This document shows positions 1 through 18,804 of a stretch of DNA of 64,000 bases, piece by piece. A program made the translations under genes and the position numbers. Location: positions 44,392,001 to 44,456,000 of the forward strand of contig OX597816.1 in the NCBI GenBank assembly GCA_951406725.2, read 5' to 3'. The notes beneath the pieces were generated by a model that was given only the letters and a program-made list of their open reading frames with translations, ran no database searches and was not told the DNA's origin. Each line of letters begins with the position of its first letter. Within the stretch, counting starts at the first letter, position 1. Origin of the DNA: Octopus vulgaris (taxonomy: Eukaryota).

Positions 1-214
1 ATATCATAAAAATTATTAGAATTGGGAATCAAATGTGGAAATATCATCCAGAGTCCAGCAGAAAACCGCCCGGAGGACGGTCGTTCTGCTAGTGTATCTC
101 TAATAATGTGTATTACTCTAATAATAAGTATGAAGCTAAAAGCTTATCTTGCGCAGTGGATGTACAAACTCTTTATCAATGTTCCATAGACTTTTCCAGA
201 CTGTTCCGTCCGTT

Positions 215-480
215 GCATCATACCCAATGAGAAAATAATATGTGGAAGACATTCTCTTGGCAATAATGTGGTTGATGTCTTCAATCTCAGCTTTGTACAG
301 CTATATTTCTTGCTAAATTTTTTCTACCTTTTTATGCTGTAGGTATTTGGTGGGGATCTCTTGTTCCTGAATTGCATGGAGGTACCCTTCGAAGATGGAT
401 GTCTTAAACTTATAAGTACTCCATACCATGCTTTTCTCATGATCAATTCTTTCTATGGTTTGCGTTTTTATAAGAAGTAC
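215..480 (-). mobile_element. Degenerate R4/Dong-like (RLE-type) non-LTR retrotransposon fragment
   Basis: Manual minus-strand translation gives IDHEKSMVWS...FEGYLHAIQEQEIPTKYL...EIEDINHII. This matches the EG-x-L-x-A-x-Q-x-Q and E-x-I-x-H-I-I region of the better preserved copy at 39464. Confidence 0.6.
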
Positions 481-874
481 CTATGTATTATCTTCTCAGT
501 AAAATGGTCCATTTCCTTATTTTGTTATTTTTAGAAACAGATGTATGTATGTATTATATGCATACATACACCAATACCTATCTATATATAGGTACATATA
601 GGACGAAGTGAAACGATATTTATACACACTCATACACACGTACACACACAGAGCACACATATAAATACACCTACGTGCAGGCGCAGGTAAACATGAAGAA
701 ATATATGTATAAAACTATAAGAAACTGTGTATGAGTTTAGGTTTTAAAAACGAATAGATAAATAAAAAGCAATAAACAGGAGAAATAAACTAAATGCAAG
801 TGAAATATAGGAATAAAACATAAGCATAGGTTACTATATACATTTACGCATACATACATATAAATGCGTATGCA

Positions 875-6240
<5,366 letters not shown>

Positions 6241-6687
6241 GTGACGGCGACGATGACCACGAAAATTACGGTGAAGGAGTTGAAAGAAAACTACACCTTT
6301 CTCGCCATCATCATCATCACCGATGTGCTCATTCGGAACATATAAATGATGCCCAATGAGTAAATATTTTAAAGTGACTGAGAAAACAAGAAAATATTTA
6401 TAGAAGTATGTATGTTTTTAAGAGAGACGAGGAGAAAACAAGAAAGAGAAAGAGAGAGAGAGAGGGACAGACAGAAAGAAACAGAGACGGAGAGGAAGAG
6501 AGAATGAGGCACAGCAAATAGGTTGGGGATGTTGAGAGTGAGAGAGAATTATAGGGAAATGAGAGCAGCGGTGATAAAGAATAGTGTAGACAGTCTGAAA
6601 GTAGTCTGGGAGACAGCGTGGAAAAAAAACCGAAAGAAAATGAAGACAAAAATAATAGAATTTAGGTATAGAGTAGACATGGATAAT

Positions 6688-7068
6688 AGAAGAAGGAGAA
6701 GAAGGATATAAAGAAGAAGAAGAAGAAGAAGAAGAAGAAGAAGAAGAAGAAGAAGAAGAAGAAGAAGAAGATGAAGGAGAAGATGAAGGAGAAGGTGAAG
6801 AAGAAGAAGGAGAAGAAGAAGAAGAAGAAGAAGAAGAAGAAGAAGAAGAAGAAGAAGAAGAAGAAGAAGAAGAAGAAGAAGAATAGCGCGAGGAAGAAAG
6901 GGGAGAAGGAAGAGAAAGAGTTGAATGAAAATAAAATTAATGAAGAGAATAAAGAGGTGAAATAATGAGAAGACAAAGAAATAGAAGGAAGTGAAATGAG
7001 AAGAAGAAGAAGAAGAAGAAGAAGAAGAAGAAGAAGAAGAAGAAGAAGAAGAAGAAGAAGAAGAAGAA
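6688..7068. repeat. Long (GAA)n polypurine tracts
   Basis: Directly visible. Confidence 0.95.
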
Positions 7069-7627
7069 AAATAATGAAGAGAATGAGAATGAGGGGAAGA
7101 CGAGAAAATAGGCGGAATGAGAAAAAGAACAACAGCAACAAATAAAATACGAAGAAGAAAAGAAAAAGTAAAAGAAACGCACGTGCACGCATGCGTGTGT
7201 CAAATTTCGTTGCAAAGCATAAGACATTTGCCCAAGGTCTCGTGAATCTGAGATCACGTGATCACGAATTGAACTGTTTTTTTTTAACTATTAAACCATA
7301 TTAAAGATAAAAGGAAATGACTAAAATTTGGTAACATCATTAATTTCGAAAATTCATTTGCAGGGCTGTGGTATAAATGACGTATGACAACAAAAATTGA
7401 TTGCAAATTTTTCTCTTAGTTGAAAACAGAAAGCTTAAAACTTAACAGTGTATGTTTGTGGTTCTCAAAGAAAATATGGGGAGATAATTTTAAGCAATTA
7501 GGAATTAATCTCTGAAAATTAATTTAGAAGCTTAGATGAAGAGAGGCTTAATCTTTGTTTGCAGGCAGACACGGAAACAGCAATGAACTTGTTTCGGTGA
7601 ATTTAGTTAACATCAGCATCTCTCTCT

Positions 7628-8037
7628 CTATCCGCTCAGTCGAAGTCGACTCTCGGTCACTCGTTGGATCAGTGTCCTCCAGTCAGTTCTATCCTGGGCT
7701 ACTTCGTTCAGATTGGCTATGTCCATTCCGGTATCCCTCTTGATGGTGTCAAACCAGCGGGTTCTTGGTCGGCCTCTTCCTCTCTTGCCACTGACCATTC
7801 CGAGCATGATGTCCTTCTCCAGGGATTTTCTCCGCATATTATAACTGAAATATGCCAATCTATGCTTGGTGATCCTAGATTCTAGCGACATTTTCGGCCT
7901 TATCTGCTTAAGAACTTCTCCATTGGTGAGCCTCGCTGTCCATGGAATGCGTAAAAGTCTTCTCCAACACCAAAGCTCGAATGCATTAATTCTCTTCTGG
8001 TCAGCTTTCTTTAGTGTCCAGGTCTCACATCCATATT
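7628..8037 (-). mobile_element. RTE-clade (BovB-like) LINE, 3' terminal fragment
   Basis: Open frame YGCETWTLKKADQKRINAFELWCWRRLLRIPWTAR...SLEKDIMLGMVSGKRGRGRPRTRW...DRTDWR...ESRLRLSG, typical of the RTE/BovB ORF C-terminus. Confidence 0.92.
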
Positions 8038-8064
8038 GCTAGATTTTTTTTAAATGCATAAAAA

Positions 8065-8633
8065 GGCACATGCTTGAATGTGTAGTAAGAAGTTAACTGC
8101 TCAAAAACATGGTTTGGGGGTTCAGTCTCACTGCCTGGCCCCCTGGCCACAGCCGACCTAAGCCTTGTGAGTGGATTTGGTAGACGTAAGCTAAAAGCAG
8201 CCTGTGGTATATGTGTGTGTGAGCTTGCATGCATGTGTGAGTGTGTGTGTGTGTGTGTGTGTGAGCTTGCATGTGTGTGTGTGTGTGTGTGTGTTTGTGT
8301 TCGTGTTTGTCCTCCACCACCGCCGGACAAACAGTGTTGGCTTGTTTACGTCCCCGAAAACTTGCTATTCGGCAAAAAGCAGACGATTGAATAAGCCCCA
8401 GGCTCAATGGTAAAGAAAAAATAAGCACATGAATACTGGTGTCGATTTGTTCGACTAAAGCTTTTTTATAAGTTGGCCACAATCTAATGACTGAAACAAG
8501 TAAAAGATAAAAGACGTTCTGGGTTCAATTCCACTGCGTGGCACCTTGGGCAAGTGTCTTCTAGTATAGCCTCAGGCCGACTAAAGCCTTGTGAGTGGAT
8601 TTGGTAGACGGAAACTGAAAGAAGGCCGTCGTG

Positions 8634-8708
<75 letters not shown>

Positions 8709-8900
8709 TTGTGTGTCTGTGTTTGTCTTCCAACATCGCTTGACAACCGATACTGGCGTGTTTACATCCCCTTCACTAGCGGTTCGGCAAAAGAGACCAA
8801 TAGAATAACTACTAGGCTCAGAAATAATAACTCCTGGGGTCGATTTGCTGGACTAAAGGCGATGCTCCAGCATGGCCGCAGTCAGATGACTGAAACAAAA
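8065..8900 (+). mobile_element. Two adjacent copies of bipartite SINE family A (internal TA/TG microsatellite)
   Basis: Shares CCACTGCGTGGCACCTTGGGCAAGTGTCTTC...GTGAGTGGATTTGGTAGACGGAAACTG and the 3' CCAGCATGGCCGCAGTCA blocks with the copy at 15138. Confidence 0.85.
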
Positions 8901-9307
8901 ATAATACTTTACTATAACATTATTTATTTAATCGAGTGTCTGCCTATTTTTTTTTTTTTTTTTTGCGTTATCTTACATTATATAAACCACGGAGTCCGTT
9001 CGACAGCATTTTCGGATTTGAGATATATTTCACTGCAATATCTTGCGCATATATCTCCCAGTTTCTTTCGTCGATTTGCAGCATTGTTAGAGCATTTAAC
9101 AAACTATCTTACAGCGTGTATTTACGGTCCGTTAAATTACATTCTGTCTCGAAATCGTACTCAGGTTAACATTGCTATTCATCCTTTATGATATACTATG
9201 GAACCAATCAAAGACTAAGGGCGATGCAATTTAATATACCCTCCTTCCAAAATGTGAGCTCTTGTACCTGTCTCAGAAGTCAGTATTGAATAGCAGTTGC
9301 TGTTGTC

Positions 9308-9828
9308 TTCTTCTTCTTCTTCTTCTTCTTCTTCTTCTTCTTCTTCCAATCAGGACTCACGCCATTAGCCACATAGAATAATCTCTAATTGGAGCCCACT
9401 CTAAGCTACTAAGAATGCGTGTGGAAACTTAGAGATCCACCCCCCACACGCGATAGACTGGCGGTTGCACGGGCGCGAAAGCTACGTTGTTATCCTCATT
9501 CCGTAAACGGTGTTTTTTTAACGGATGGAGAGCTGAACCATCCTGGGGTACAGAGGATTCGCAATCCAGAAAAGGGTCTGAAGGTTTACCACACCATAGA
9601 GGGTTACACCATGGTTCCTCTGCTTTGTGGCAGAAGTAGGAAGAAAGAGTGAGAGAAATTTGTGTTGAAAGAGTACAGCGGGGTTCACCACCACCAGCCC
9701 CCGCCGGAGCCTCGTGGAGCGTAGGTGTTTTTGCTCAATAAACACTCACAATGCCAGGCCTGGGATTCGAAGCCGCGTTCTTACAACTGCGAGTCTGCTA
9801 CTCTAACCACTGACCCATTGCGACTCCA
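9308..9828 (-). mobile_element. tRNA-derived SINE family C head with an alternative 3' body and (GAA)n tail
   Basis: Minus-strand head GTCGCAATGGGTCAGTGGTTAGAG...TTCGAATCCCAG...GTGAGTGTTTATTGAGCAAAAACACCTA is shared with the 21065 and 44365 copies. Confidence 0.75.
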
Positions 9829-12515
9829 CAGTTGCAGTTGTTGTTGATGTTTTCGACACTGCCGCTACTGTTGCTCTTGCTGTTATTGATATTACTGCTA
9901 CTATTCTTGTTATTCTTGCTGCTCCTGCTGCTATCATTGTTTTTGTTGTTGTTGTTCATTTTCATGTTATTGTTGTTGTTGCTGTTGTTGTTGTTAAAGT
10001 GGAACTTATAACACCATGTAGTATTCAGTTAAGTAAATTTAGGTGTTCTGTTTTGGAATCCCGCTTAGCTCAAGATCACCTTTCATCTTTCCAAAGTCGA
10101 TAGAATAAAGTACCGATGAAGTACAGGTATCAATTAAACCAATACAATCGATTATTTCTATCCCCGCCCGAACTATAAAGCATTGCACCTATGTATAAAA
10201 TTCACCTTGTTGGCTTGTGTTTTCCTTTTTAGATTCCTCTTTTTGTTTCGGCTGTTATTTTGCTCAAGATCAATTTTGATTTAGAGAACCTATAATCAAA
10301 AGCCTTTCTAGTCCTGATCATTTCCACTTTTGCTTCAGAAAATATCTACTTTTACTTTTATAAGGCGGTAAGGTGTCACACGAGTATAGTTTGTTACAAT
10401 TTCTAACAGGCCAGGCAACCACATAGTGGTCCTCTCATTGACTACAGGTTGATATAGTTTTTCATTGTTTTACATTATTGTTATTGTTGTTGTTGTCATT
10501 GCTATTTCAGTATTGTTTTTGTCGTTATTCCATTCATTGATATGGAATGACCATATATCCTTTTTAGGTTTTCTAGACTACATTTTCTTTTCTAAACTAC
10601 ATTTTCCAACCAATGTATCCTTCCATACTTTAAATCCTAGGCTATGATTTGTAGGATGTTTAGCTGTTATTTCTTCCAGATCGAAGGACGACATATCGGC
10701 TGTCTTGACTTGTTTTATAGATATATTTAACTACTGATTCTTCTTAACACTTTTTTGTGCATAAGGGATGTAGTGTGACGATTTAAACGAAAGGGGAGGA
10801 ACAGGACCTATGACACTTTTCAGGATCTCCAAGATCGCCAGTAAGAAGGATGGAGACATGTCACAAATATTTACAACAAAGTAGATTCTTCTCTGCTTAA
10901 TGCAACCATGGACAAGATGGTTGTAATAAACCGGGCTTTATAAAGCGTAACACGCCTTCAGTCTACTGCATATCACTCAAAAGGGATCGATCAGCCTGCG
11001 GCTATGCTACAATGGGACTTGCATTGAAGCCGTGTAAAGGGATCGAACGTGCAACTACGCAGTTACTAAACGAACTTAAACACACCGCCAGGTTAGCATC
11101 CCCTTTGTTGCTTGCTTTCACAGCTGTTATTTATTTCAACTCTGTATTCTTTCATTTTTTTCTTCATTGTTACTTGTGTTCTTACCAAGATGTTTGATCT
11201 AATTCTTGGTGTTGCAATTGTTGATGTGTTTCTTGTTGTTACTGTTATTGCAGCTGTTGTTATTGTCGCTTTTTGTAGAGATTTTTTTTTCCTGCTAAAT
11301 ATCACGTTGTTATTTTTGTTTTTATTTCCGAGTCGCTATTTTTTTATCTTAATTTTTGTTGCTGTTTTTGCCGAGCAGCTATTTCGTTACTGTAGCTTTT
11401 GTTATTGCATTTTTCTTCAACCACACCTAGTGTTTATTGCTGAAGAATTTACCAAACATGTTCCTGTTGTTATAGTTGTTGTTATTGCTATTTTTGTTGC
11501 TGCAATTATTGTTTATGTTGTTGCCGATGTGGATATTGTACCCCTCTAACACATACTTCCCTTTTTTTATTACTGACATATATTGCTTCATCTTTTCGTT
11601 ACTCTTGTCCCTTTTATTATTGCAACAGCTGTTATTATAGTTGTTGCTCATCTTCTTGTATTCCAACACACATAAATTTTGCTGGTGCTGGATTTTGCAG
11701 TGCCAGTTCTTAGCCTTGTTGCTGCAATATATTTTTTTTGCGGCTGCTTTTATTTTTTTGTTATTAGTATTGCATTCTACCACACTTTACTTCATCTGAA
11801 CGTAAAGCAAAGCGATATTGTTTAAAAACTACATACTTTCGAAATCTTTGCCGTAAGCGTCCTTAGCATTTGATCTCTGCATTATATCCAACTTAAGAGG
11901 AGTTGCATAGTGTTTTAGTGCTTCCGGTACATTCTAACTCGCATCCTGTTTACCATCAAAATATAATGCGTTGACGTTTTTCATTTGTTATCGTTTAGAT
12001 GTATGAGATGTGTATGTGCTCATAAACTTCTGTGTGTGTTAATATATAATACATGTATATTGGTTTTTACAACATTTATACATATGTTACACATATATGT
12101 GTGTGTGTGTGTGTATACATACATACATACATACATACATACATGCATACATACATACGTATATATGTGTATATATATATAGATATATACATATGTGTAT
12201 ATGTATATATATATATATATATATATAAATATATACACACATACATACATATATTGATTTATATGATACTGATATATATATATATATATATATATATAGA
12301 TATAGATATATACTCGTACATCTATTGATTTATACGATATTAATATGTGTGTGTCTGTGTGTATGTGTGAAACAAATATTCATATGTACCTGTGTATGTA
12401 TAAATATACACACAGAGACGTACAAACACCAATAAACGCACACGTATACATATGTACATAGACGCTCATATATACATTTATATACGCACACACATACATC
12501 TAAATGCACACACAC

Positions 12516-12558
<43 letters not shown>

Positions 12559-12596
12559 CAATATTTATATTTATTTAGTTATATCTCATTATATTG

Positions 12597-12632
<36 letters not shown>

Positions 12633-13009
12633 ATTATATACGTACATGTATACACATACGCACAAGATAGATATATTGAACTTTCTTATTTTTACGGTTT
12701 GCTTTATTTCGTCAGACTAACAATACAATCGCACCAAGAAACAGAGTCAAAGAATACGATACATAAACACACACTTTCCACACTGGCCCATGTAAATAAT
12801 GCAACAAATATCATTTTTTAAAAGCAAAATGCACTAAAACGTTTGAGTAGTAGAATGTAATCTTTTTGCTCTAAATAATTCATTGAAAAAGGCACATCTA
12901 CCAGTGGCAACCTGGTAACAACGATATCAATGTGTAATTTGTTTGAGAATCATTAACATGAATGATGAGGAGGAAGACTACTACGACGACGGTAATAACA
13001 ACAGTAACA

Positions 13010-13082
<73 letters not shown>

Positions 13083-13099
13083 TAACAATGATAAAAAAA

Positions 13100-13381
13100 A
13101 GGTACTGAAACCTATTTGAAAGTGATTCCAGGCTTACCATCCCTACAGGAAGTGCAAAAAATCGTATTAACTGGAACGGCTCATGTCCTGAGAAGAGCAT
13201 TATCGCCGTGAAAACAACATCCATCCATGAATTTATTTATTTATTAATTTTTAAATACATATTTTATCTGTGAATTTGCGCGTGTAATCTGGAAATGCAT
13301 ACAATGAGCTTCTCTGCCCTAGGTGTATGCAAAACACCCGGCGAGAAACGGAAGAAAATTTGAAGAAAGAAGGAAAAAACA
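13100..13381 (+). mobile_element. R4/Dong-like LINE 3' end in (AAT)n
   Basis: Translates PGLPSLQEVQKIVLTGTAHVLRRALSP*. The 3' UTR matches 54700-54776. Confidence 0.75.
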
Positions 13382-13427
13382 TAATAATTATAATAACAAT
13401 AATGATCATGATCATGATGATCATGGT

Positions 13428-13950
13428 GCAGTACCAGGCAGTGGCGCTCATGACTTCTGATTTTAACTGATTGGAAGTGTTATCATGTATATTGTTTTGT
13501 CTTGTTAGAAAGATGGACCACAGCGAATATTCTACTCAATACCACTCATTTCTTTGTCAGTTGTTTGACCTTAACCCGTTAAGCATGTCCCTTACTAGCT
13601 GACGATATGTGCATCTCTGATCACGAGCAGAAGTCGTGTTGAGAGGAATTCTTTGGGGTTTTGATGATACGCCTTTGGAAAAATGGATGTTGCTTTCAAC
13701 ATTTTTAAATAAGCCGTATTTAGAGACCTTTCGAGCGGGATGGGCTACTCGACCAGAAGAAAATTCTAGCTGGGCCCATCTGCAAGGTCATGCGCTGTTT
13801 ATCTTGATATGAGATCACCATATCGCGCACATATGGTTGTGATACTTGTGCTTGGTGTACCCTTATCAGACAGGTAGTCATGGTGGGTATACTGGGCTTC
13901 GTATATTTTATCCTAGTGTCACGTTGATGGTATGCACTACTCTCTCGCTT
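13428..13950 (+). mobile_element. ~530-bp non-coding interspersed element (family D), copy 1
   Basis: Starts GCAGTACCAGGCAGTGGC and ends ...CTCTCTCGCTT before AATAAT. Homologous to 26816-27350 and 36886-37437. Confidence 0.85.
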
Positions 13951-13954
13951 AATA

Positions 13955-15066
13955 ATAACTGGAATAAAATCCAAGCAATTAATACATGGGCGATATCACC
14001 ACTTCGGTATGCAGCGGGAATTACAAAATGGCAAAATAGAGAATTGAAGAAAATGGATACCAAGATCAGAAGACTGTTGACAGTACCCAGAGCCTTCGAC
14101 CCTAAGAGTGACACCGATAGGATGTACTTGTGCAGAATATAGGGTGGAAGAAGTTTGATCAGTTGCCAGGTCTGTATCGAAGCAGAGGAAAACATCCTAG
14201 TGTTGTATATAAAAAATTCCTTGGAGCCATTAAACAAGAAATGAACAAAAAAATAATTAAAACAGAAAAGCATCGAAGGAAAAGAAAATGTACGGTCCGT
14301 TTGCCTTAGATGTGAACTGAAACACAGATAAGTATGAGGTGGAGTGACTTGAAGATAGAGTCAGAATCACTCATATGTCCTGCTCAGAAACAGGCGTTAA
14401 GGACCAACTATATGAAGTGCAGAATAGACAACACTACCGATAGCGACTAATGCAGAATGTGTTGTGAGAGGGGTGAAACGGTATGGCACATCGTCAGCGA
14501 AGGCCCAAAGTTGGTACAATGTGGGTACAAAAGACGCCATGACAATGAGACAAGAGCGATCCATTGGGAGCTCTGTGGAAATCATAGCCTGCGAAGTGTA
14601 AAGACGAGGTATGAGCAAAATCTTGTGGGCTGCAAAGATCCAGTGCGACCACCCGACCAGACATCGGGACCGAACATTGCTGTGGTCAATAAAAAGGAAA
14701 GAATATGTATGATAATCGACATAGCATGCCTCGGTAACAACAGGATCAATGTGAAAGAAGAAAACATTAAAAAAAAAAAACTATGACGAATTGTAGTGGG
14801 AAATACGAAGATTGTCGTCAATGAAGCGAGTACAGGTGATACCAATAGCAGTTGATGCACTTGGAAATATCAGCAGTCAACTACCAACATGGTTGAAAAA
14901 GATAGGGGCAAGTTTCAAGGTAGAACTCAAAAAAATATCCGCATTGCTTGGAGCTGCAAGTATTCTTCGCAGGGTTCGTGAAGCATGACCAGTAAACAAG
15001 TGTCATCTTAGTCTGCTGGCTATGGACACCTTCCATCATACTCAGCAAAATAAGCTGGTAGTTTTC

Positions 15067-15070
<4 letters not shown>
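13955..15070 (+). mobile_element. Degenerate R4/Dong-like LINE 3' fragment
   Basis: NKIQAINTWAI...RY, PKSDTDRMY, CRMC...ETVWHIVS, RRHD and IIDIAC motifs with stops and frameshifts; ends at (AAT)n. Confidence 0.88.
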
Positions 15071-15137
<67 letters not shown>

Positions 15138-15537
15138 GGCGCAGGAGTGGCTGTGTGGTAAGTAGCTTGCTAACCAACCACATGGTTCCTGGTTCAGTCC
15201 CCACTGCGTGGCATCTTGGGCAAGTGTCTTCTGCTATAGCCCCGGGCCGACCAATGCCTTGTGAGTGGATTTGGTAAACGGAAACTGAAAGAAGCCTGTC
15301 GTATATATGTATATATATAAATGCGTGTGTGTATGTGTTTGTGTGTCCCCTAGCATTGCTTGACAACCGATGCTGGTGTGTTTACGTCCCCGTCACTTAG
15401 CGGTTCGGCAAAAGAGACCGATTGAATAAGTACTAGGCTTACAAAGAGTAAGTCCCGTGGTCGATTTGCTCAACTAAAGGCGGTGCTCCAGCATGGCCGC
15501 AGTCAAATGACAGAAACAAGTAAAAGAGTAAAAGAGT
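15138..15537 (+). mobile_element. SINE family A, near full length
   Basis: tRNA-like head (TGGCTGTGTGGTAAG ... GGTTCAGTCCC), internal TA/TG tract and AGTAAAAG tail; more than 10 related copies in the window. Confidence 0.9.
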
Positions 15538-15552
15538 TTAATAATAATAATG

Positions 15553-15585
<33 letters not shown>

Positions 15586-15766
15586 TCTACTAAAGGGGTC
15601 TAATCGATCATATCGACCCCAGAACGTAATTGTTAGATATTTTATCGATCCCGAAAGAATGAAAAGCAAAGTCAACTAGATAAAATTTGAACTCAAGACG
15701 TAAAGACGGATGCATTCCTGCTAAGTATTTTACCCGGCGTGCTTACGATTCTGCCGGCTCGCCGCC
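15586..15766 (-). mobile_element. SINE family B, diverged
   Basis: Reverse complement matches the copies at 27407 and 60678. Confidence 0.75.
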
Positions 15767-16307
15767 TAATAATAACAACAAGCGGGACACGTGAATATTT
15801 CACGGAATTAATGGTAAACCCTATTTGGTTATTTCTGCAAACTTTATTTAAAAAACCTGAAAGTACAGCCTAAGTTGTGCATGTATGGAAAGATAGTCGC
15901 TCATTTGATATTCATTAAAAAGTGAAAGAAACTGGAATACGACGATTACTTAAAGGACTTTACATATATTTTTTATATATTTTATGCGCAATTTTATATA
16001 CTTAATACACAACACTCATAAAATAATTATTCACTCCTATTTTTCCATTTTCCCCATAAACAAAACATGAATATCCCGTACGTATGATACAGCCCGCAGT
16101 TAAATCGTACATAACCGCCACGTAAATAAGCGTCAATATTTTCCGTGAATTGCAGTTATGCGCATGCGTTAAGGGATAGGTGATAGGTGATATAAAAAAA
16201 CTTAGTTCAATAAAAAAAAACTACACTTTTCACTATCCAATCACCACCACCATCACTACCATCTCCCCCTCTCTCTCTATCTCTCCCTCATCTCATTATT
16301 ATTATTA

Positions 16308-16399
<92 letters not shown>

Positions 16400-16400
<1 letters not shown>

Positions 16401-16870
16401 GGTAGTCTTACCCAATGCGCCTATTATGATAGGAATTGTTTCTGTTTTTAGACTTCACATACGAGTTACCTCTATTTCCAAGTCTTTGAATTTTGAATGT
16501 TTCTCCATTTCTTTTAGAGAAGCGTTGTCATCTGTTGGCATTGATACATCGATTAGAAAGCATTTTTTGTTGATCATCTCTGACATCAATATCCGGCCTA
16601 TTGTTCTTAATTCCTCTCTCTCTCTCTCTGTATTGACATAGTATGGTTGCTTTCTCATTGTCTGTAACCTTTTTGTGTGTGCCTATACCATCTTTCTCCT
16701 GTTATTATTCCATAGTGTTGCCATACCATTCAGTGTATACAGATCCCAACTTTGTCACGTCTATGAATATAATCCTTCTTAGTCAGGACTGGGCAGGCAG
16801 AGACAATATGGTTTATAGTTTCTTGTCCATCTTCACATATTCTGCAGATTATTATTTGCGGATAAACTTT
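16400..16870 (-). mobile_element. R4/Dong-like LINE fragment, same family as 39180
   Basis: CRICEDGQETINHIVSACPVL...HRRDKVG and CFLIDVSMPTDDN...KFKDLEIEVTRM; abuts (ATT)n. Confidence 0.88.
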
Positions 16871-17565
16871 CAGTGAGATATAGTGTCTAATGAAATGAAG
16901 CTGTTGCTTAGCTATTATTTTTCTCAAGCAACAAGTATCGGCTTTTCTCAGAGCATTGGTAGCCTGGCTCAATCTTTCGGAATTGCGGAGATGTACTTGC
17001 ATAGCAAGTGACCTAATCTGAGATCGTGTGCTGGAACGAAAACAACTGCAGCGTGGAAAGTGTTTATAAGCCATTTAAGAAACACACAAAAAACGTTTGA
17101 TTCACTTCAACATTTAAATTTAATCTGACAAAATTCTGTGCTACACATTCAGTCAAAAATATTTCTAAATGATTAAAATATTGTGTACGTCAAAATGTCG
17201 ACGCTCATTTTGTTAGAGGGCGGGAATGCTATGTGTGTGTATATGTCAAATATAGCAGACGTGTGTTTGTGTTGATTGACACGCCATGATATTCATTATA
17301 CGTGTGTATTCAGTATGTGTGCTGACGTCACGGGAGCCATGATTTTTTTTATGTCAAAAAATAAAAAGCAAAAAATATTTTAAATCGTTTTCATTAATAG
17401 AGCTCTAAATATTACAAAAATTTCTACTGCACTGCCGTAGGTAAGTATGAAAATAAATATGCAAAAAAAAAATTAAGATAGACTATACTATTTCTGAGAT
17501 ATTTCGGGTAGAAACATCTTGTAGAGTTTTAGTATTTATATATATATATATACATATATATATAA

Positions 17566-17760
17566 GGGGGAAAATTCCCAAAAAACCAAAAGACGAAGAC
17601 TGGTGGTGCAGACAACAAACAGATATATTAGTATAACGCTCGGGAAGTGAAAACGTCTTTAACGTTTCCAGCCTACGCTCTTCCACAGAAAGAAACACAG
17701 AAAGAAACAAGGAGAGAAAGTAAAGAATGTATAGTGGTAGCGATCTATCATGGCGAATGT
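17566..17760 (-). mobile_element. Penelope-like/HHR-variant repeat family E, copy 1
   Basis: Homologous to 35560-35720 and 59250-59418; the minus strand contains CTTT-CTGTGGA-AGAGCGTAGGCTG-GAAACGTT-AAAG. Confidence 0.65.
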
Positions 17761-17946
17761 GTGTGTGAGGGGGGAGAGAGGGAGGAGAGACAGAGACTAA
17801 GTGGATGAGTGAGATCTTTCTGAATTTGCTGATGCAATCAACAACAAAACATTTATTGCGCATACACACACACACATATATATGTATGTATGTGTGTGTA
17901 TATATATATATCTATATGTATAATATGCGGATACATATATTTACAT

Positions 17947-17978
<32 letters not shown>

Positions 17979-18001
17979 GTACTTATATATAATTACATAG
18001 T

Positions 18002-18033
<32 letters not shown>

Positions 18034-18035
18034 TG

Positions 18036-18070
<35 letters not shown>

Positions 18071-18804
18071 ATATATACATATATATCTATATATGTACTT
18101 ATGTATATAAAGATATATATATATATATAAGTATATAAATATGTGTGTGTGTGTGTGTGTTTACACTCACAGAGACGCAGACAAACTCAGACGAATACAC
18201 GCACATTTATATATAATTGATTAGAGATTTTCTACACAGTAAACCTTCGTTAATGAAATATTTCCCAAGAGCAATGAATGTGATAGTAAGAAACTTAGTG
18301 AAATTTATGACTGTGTCAATGTAGATTAAATGTCTAAATATCTAGTATGATTTGCTATTATTAAAATTCTATTTTACCATCTAAAAGCGAAAACAGCTTT
18401 AGACTATACATTTATAATATTTCTGTCTACACAATGAAAGAACTGGTTTTTAGTCATCATCAGTCGGTTGGTTCCTGTTTCGAATCTAGACTTTAAATAT
18501 GTGAAATAGAACGGATGATGATTTAACATAATTGTTACATTTGAGTACAGTGTCATATATAGCGATCGTTCTTCTGTCATAGCATTCTGTAAAAATGAAA
18601 ATAGCCAGTCTGGAGAGTATAGCCCTGATATATCAAAATACATCATGGTCTTGTCATAACTGGACTGCATTTGAATATAGTTGTTCTCAATTAAATTAAA
18701 AATTAAAATTGCTAGACTGGAGAATATAGCCCTAACATATAAAAATGCAGCATAATTGGACTGCATTGTCAGTTAGGTCTTTCCTTAGTGATAATAATAA
18801 TACG

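Noticed and set aside
10339-10368. AG...GTAAGG micro-exon candidate
   Set aside because: Lies in what appears to be a diverged repeat (similar sequence near 10590-10700); probably chance.
18455-18490. GAAAC...CTGATGA on the minus strand
   Set aside because: No stems I or III can be formed, so it is not a hammerhead.
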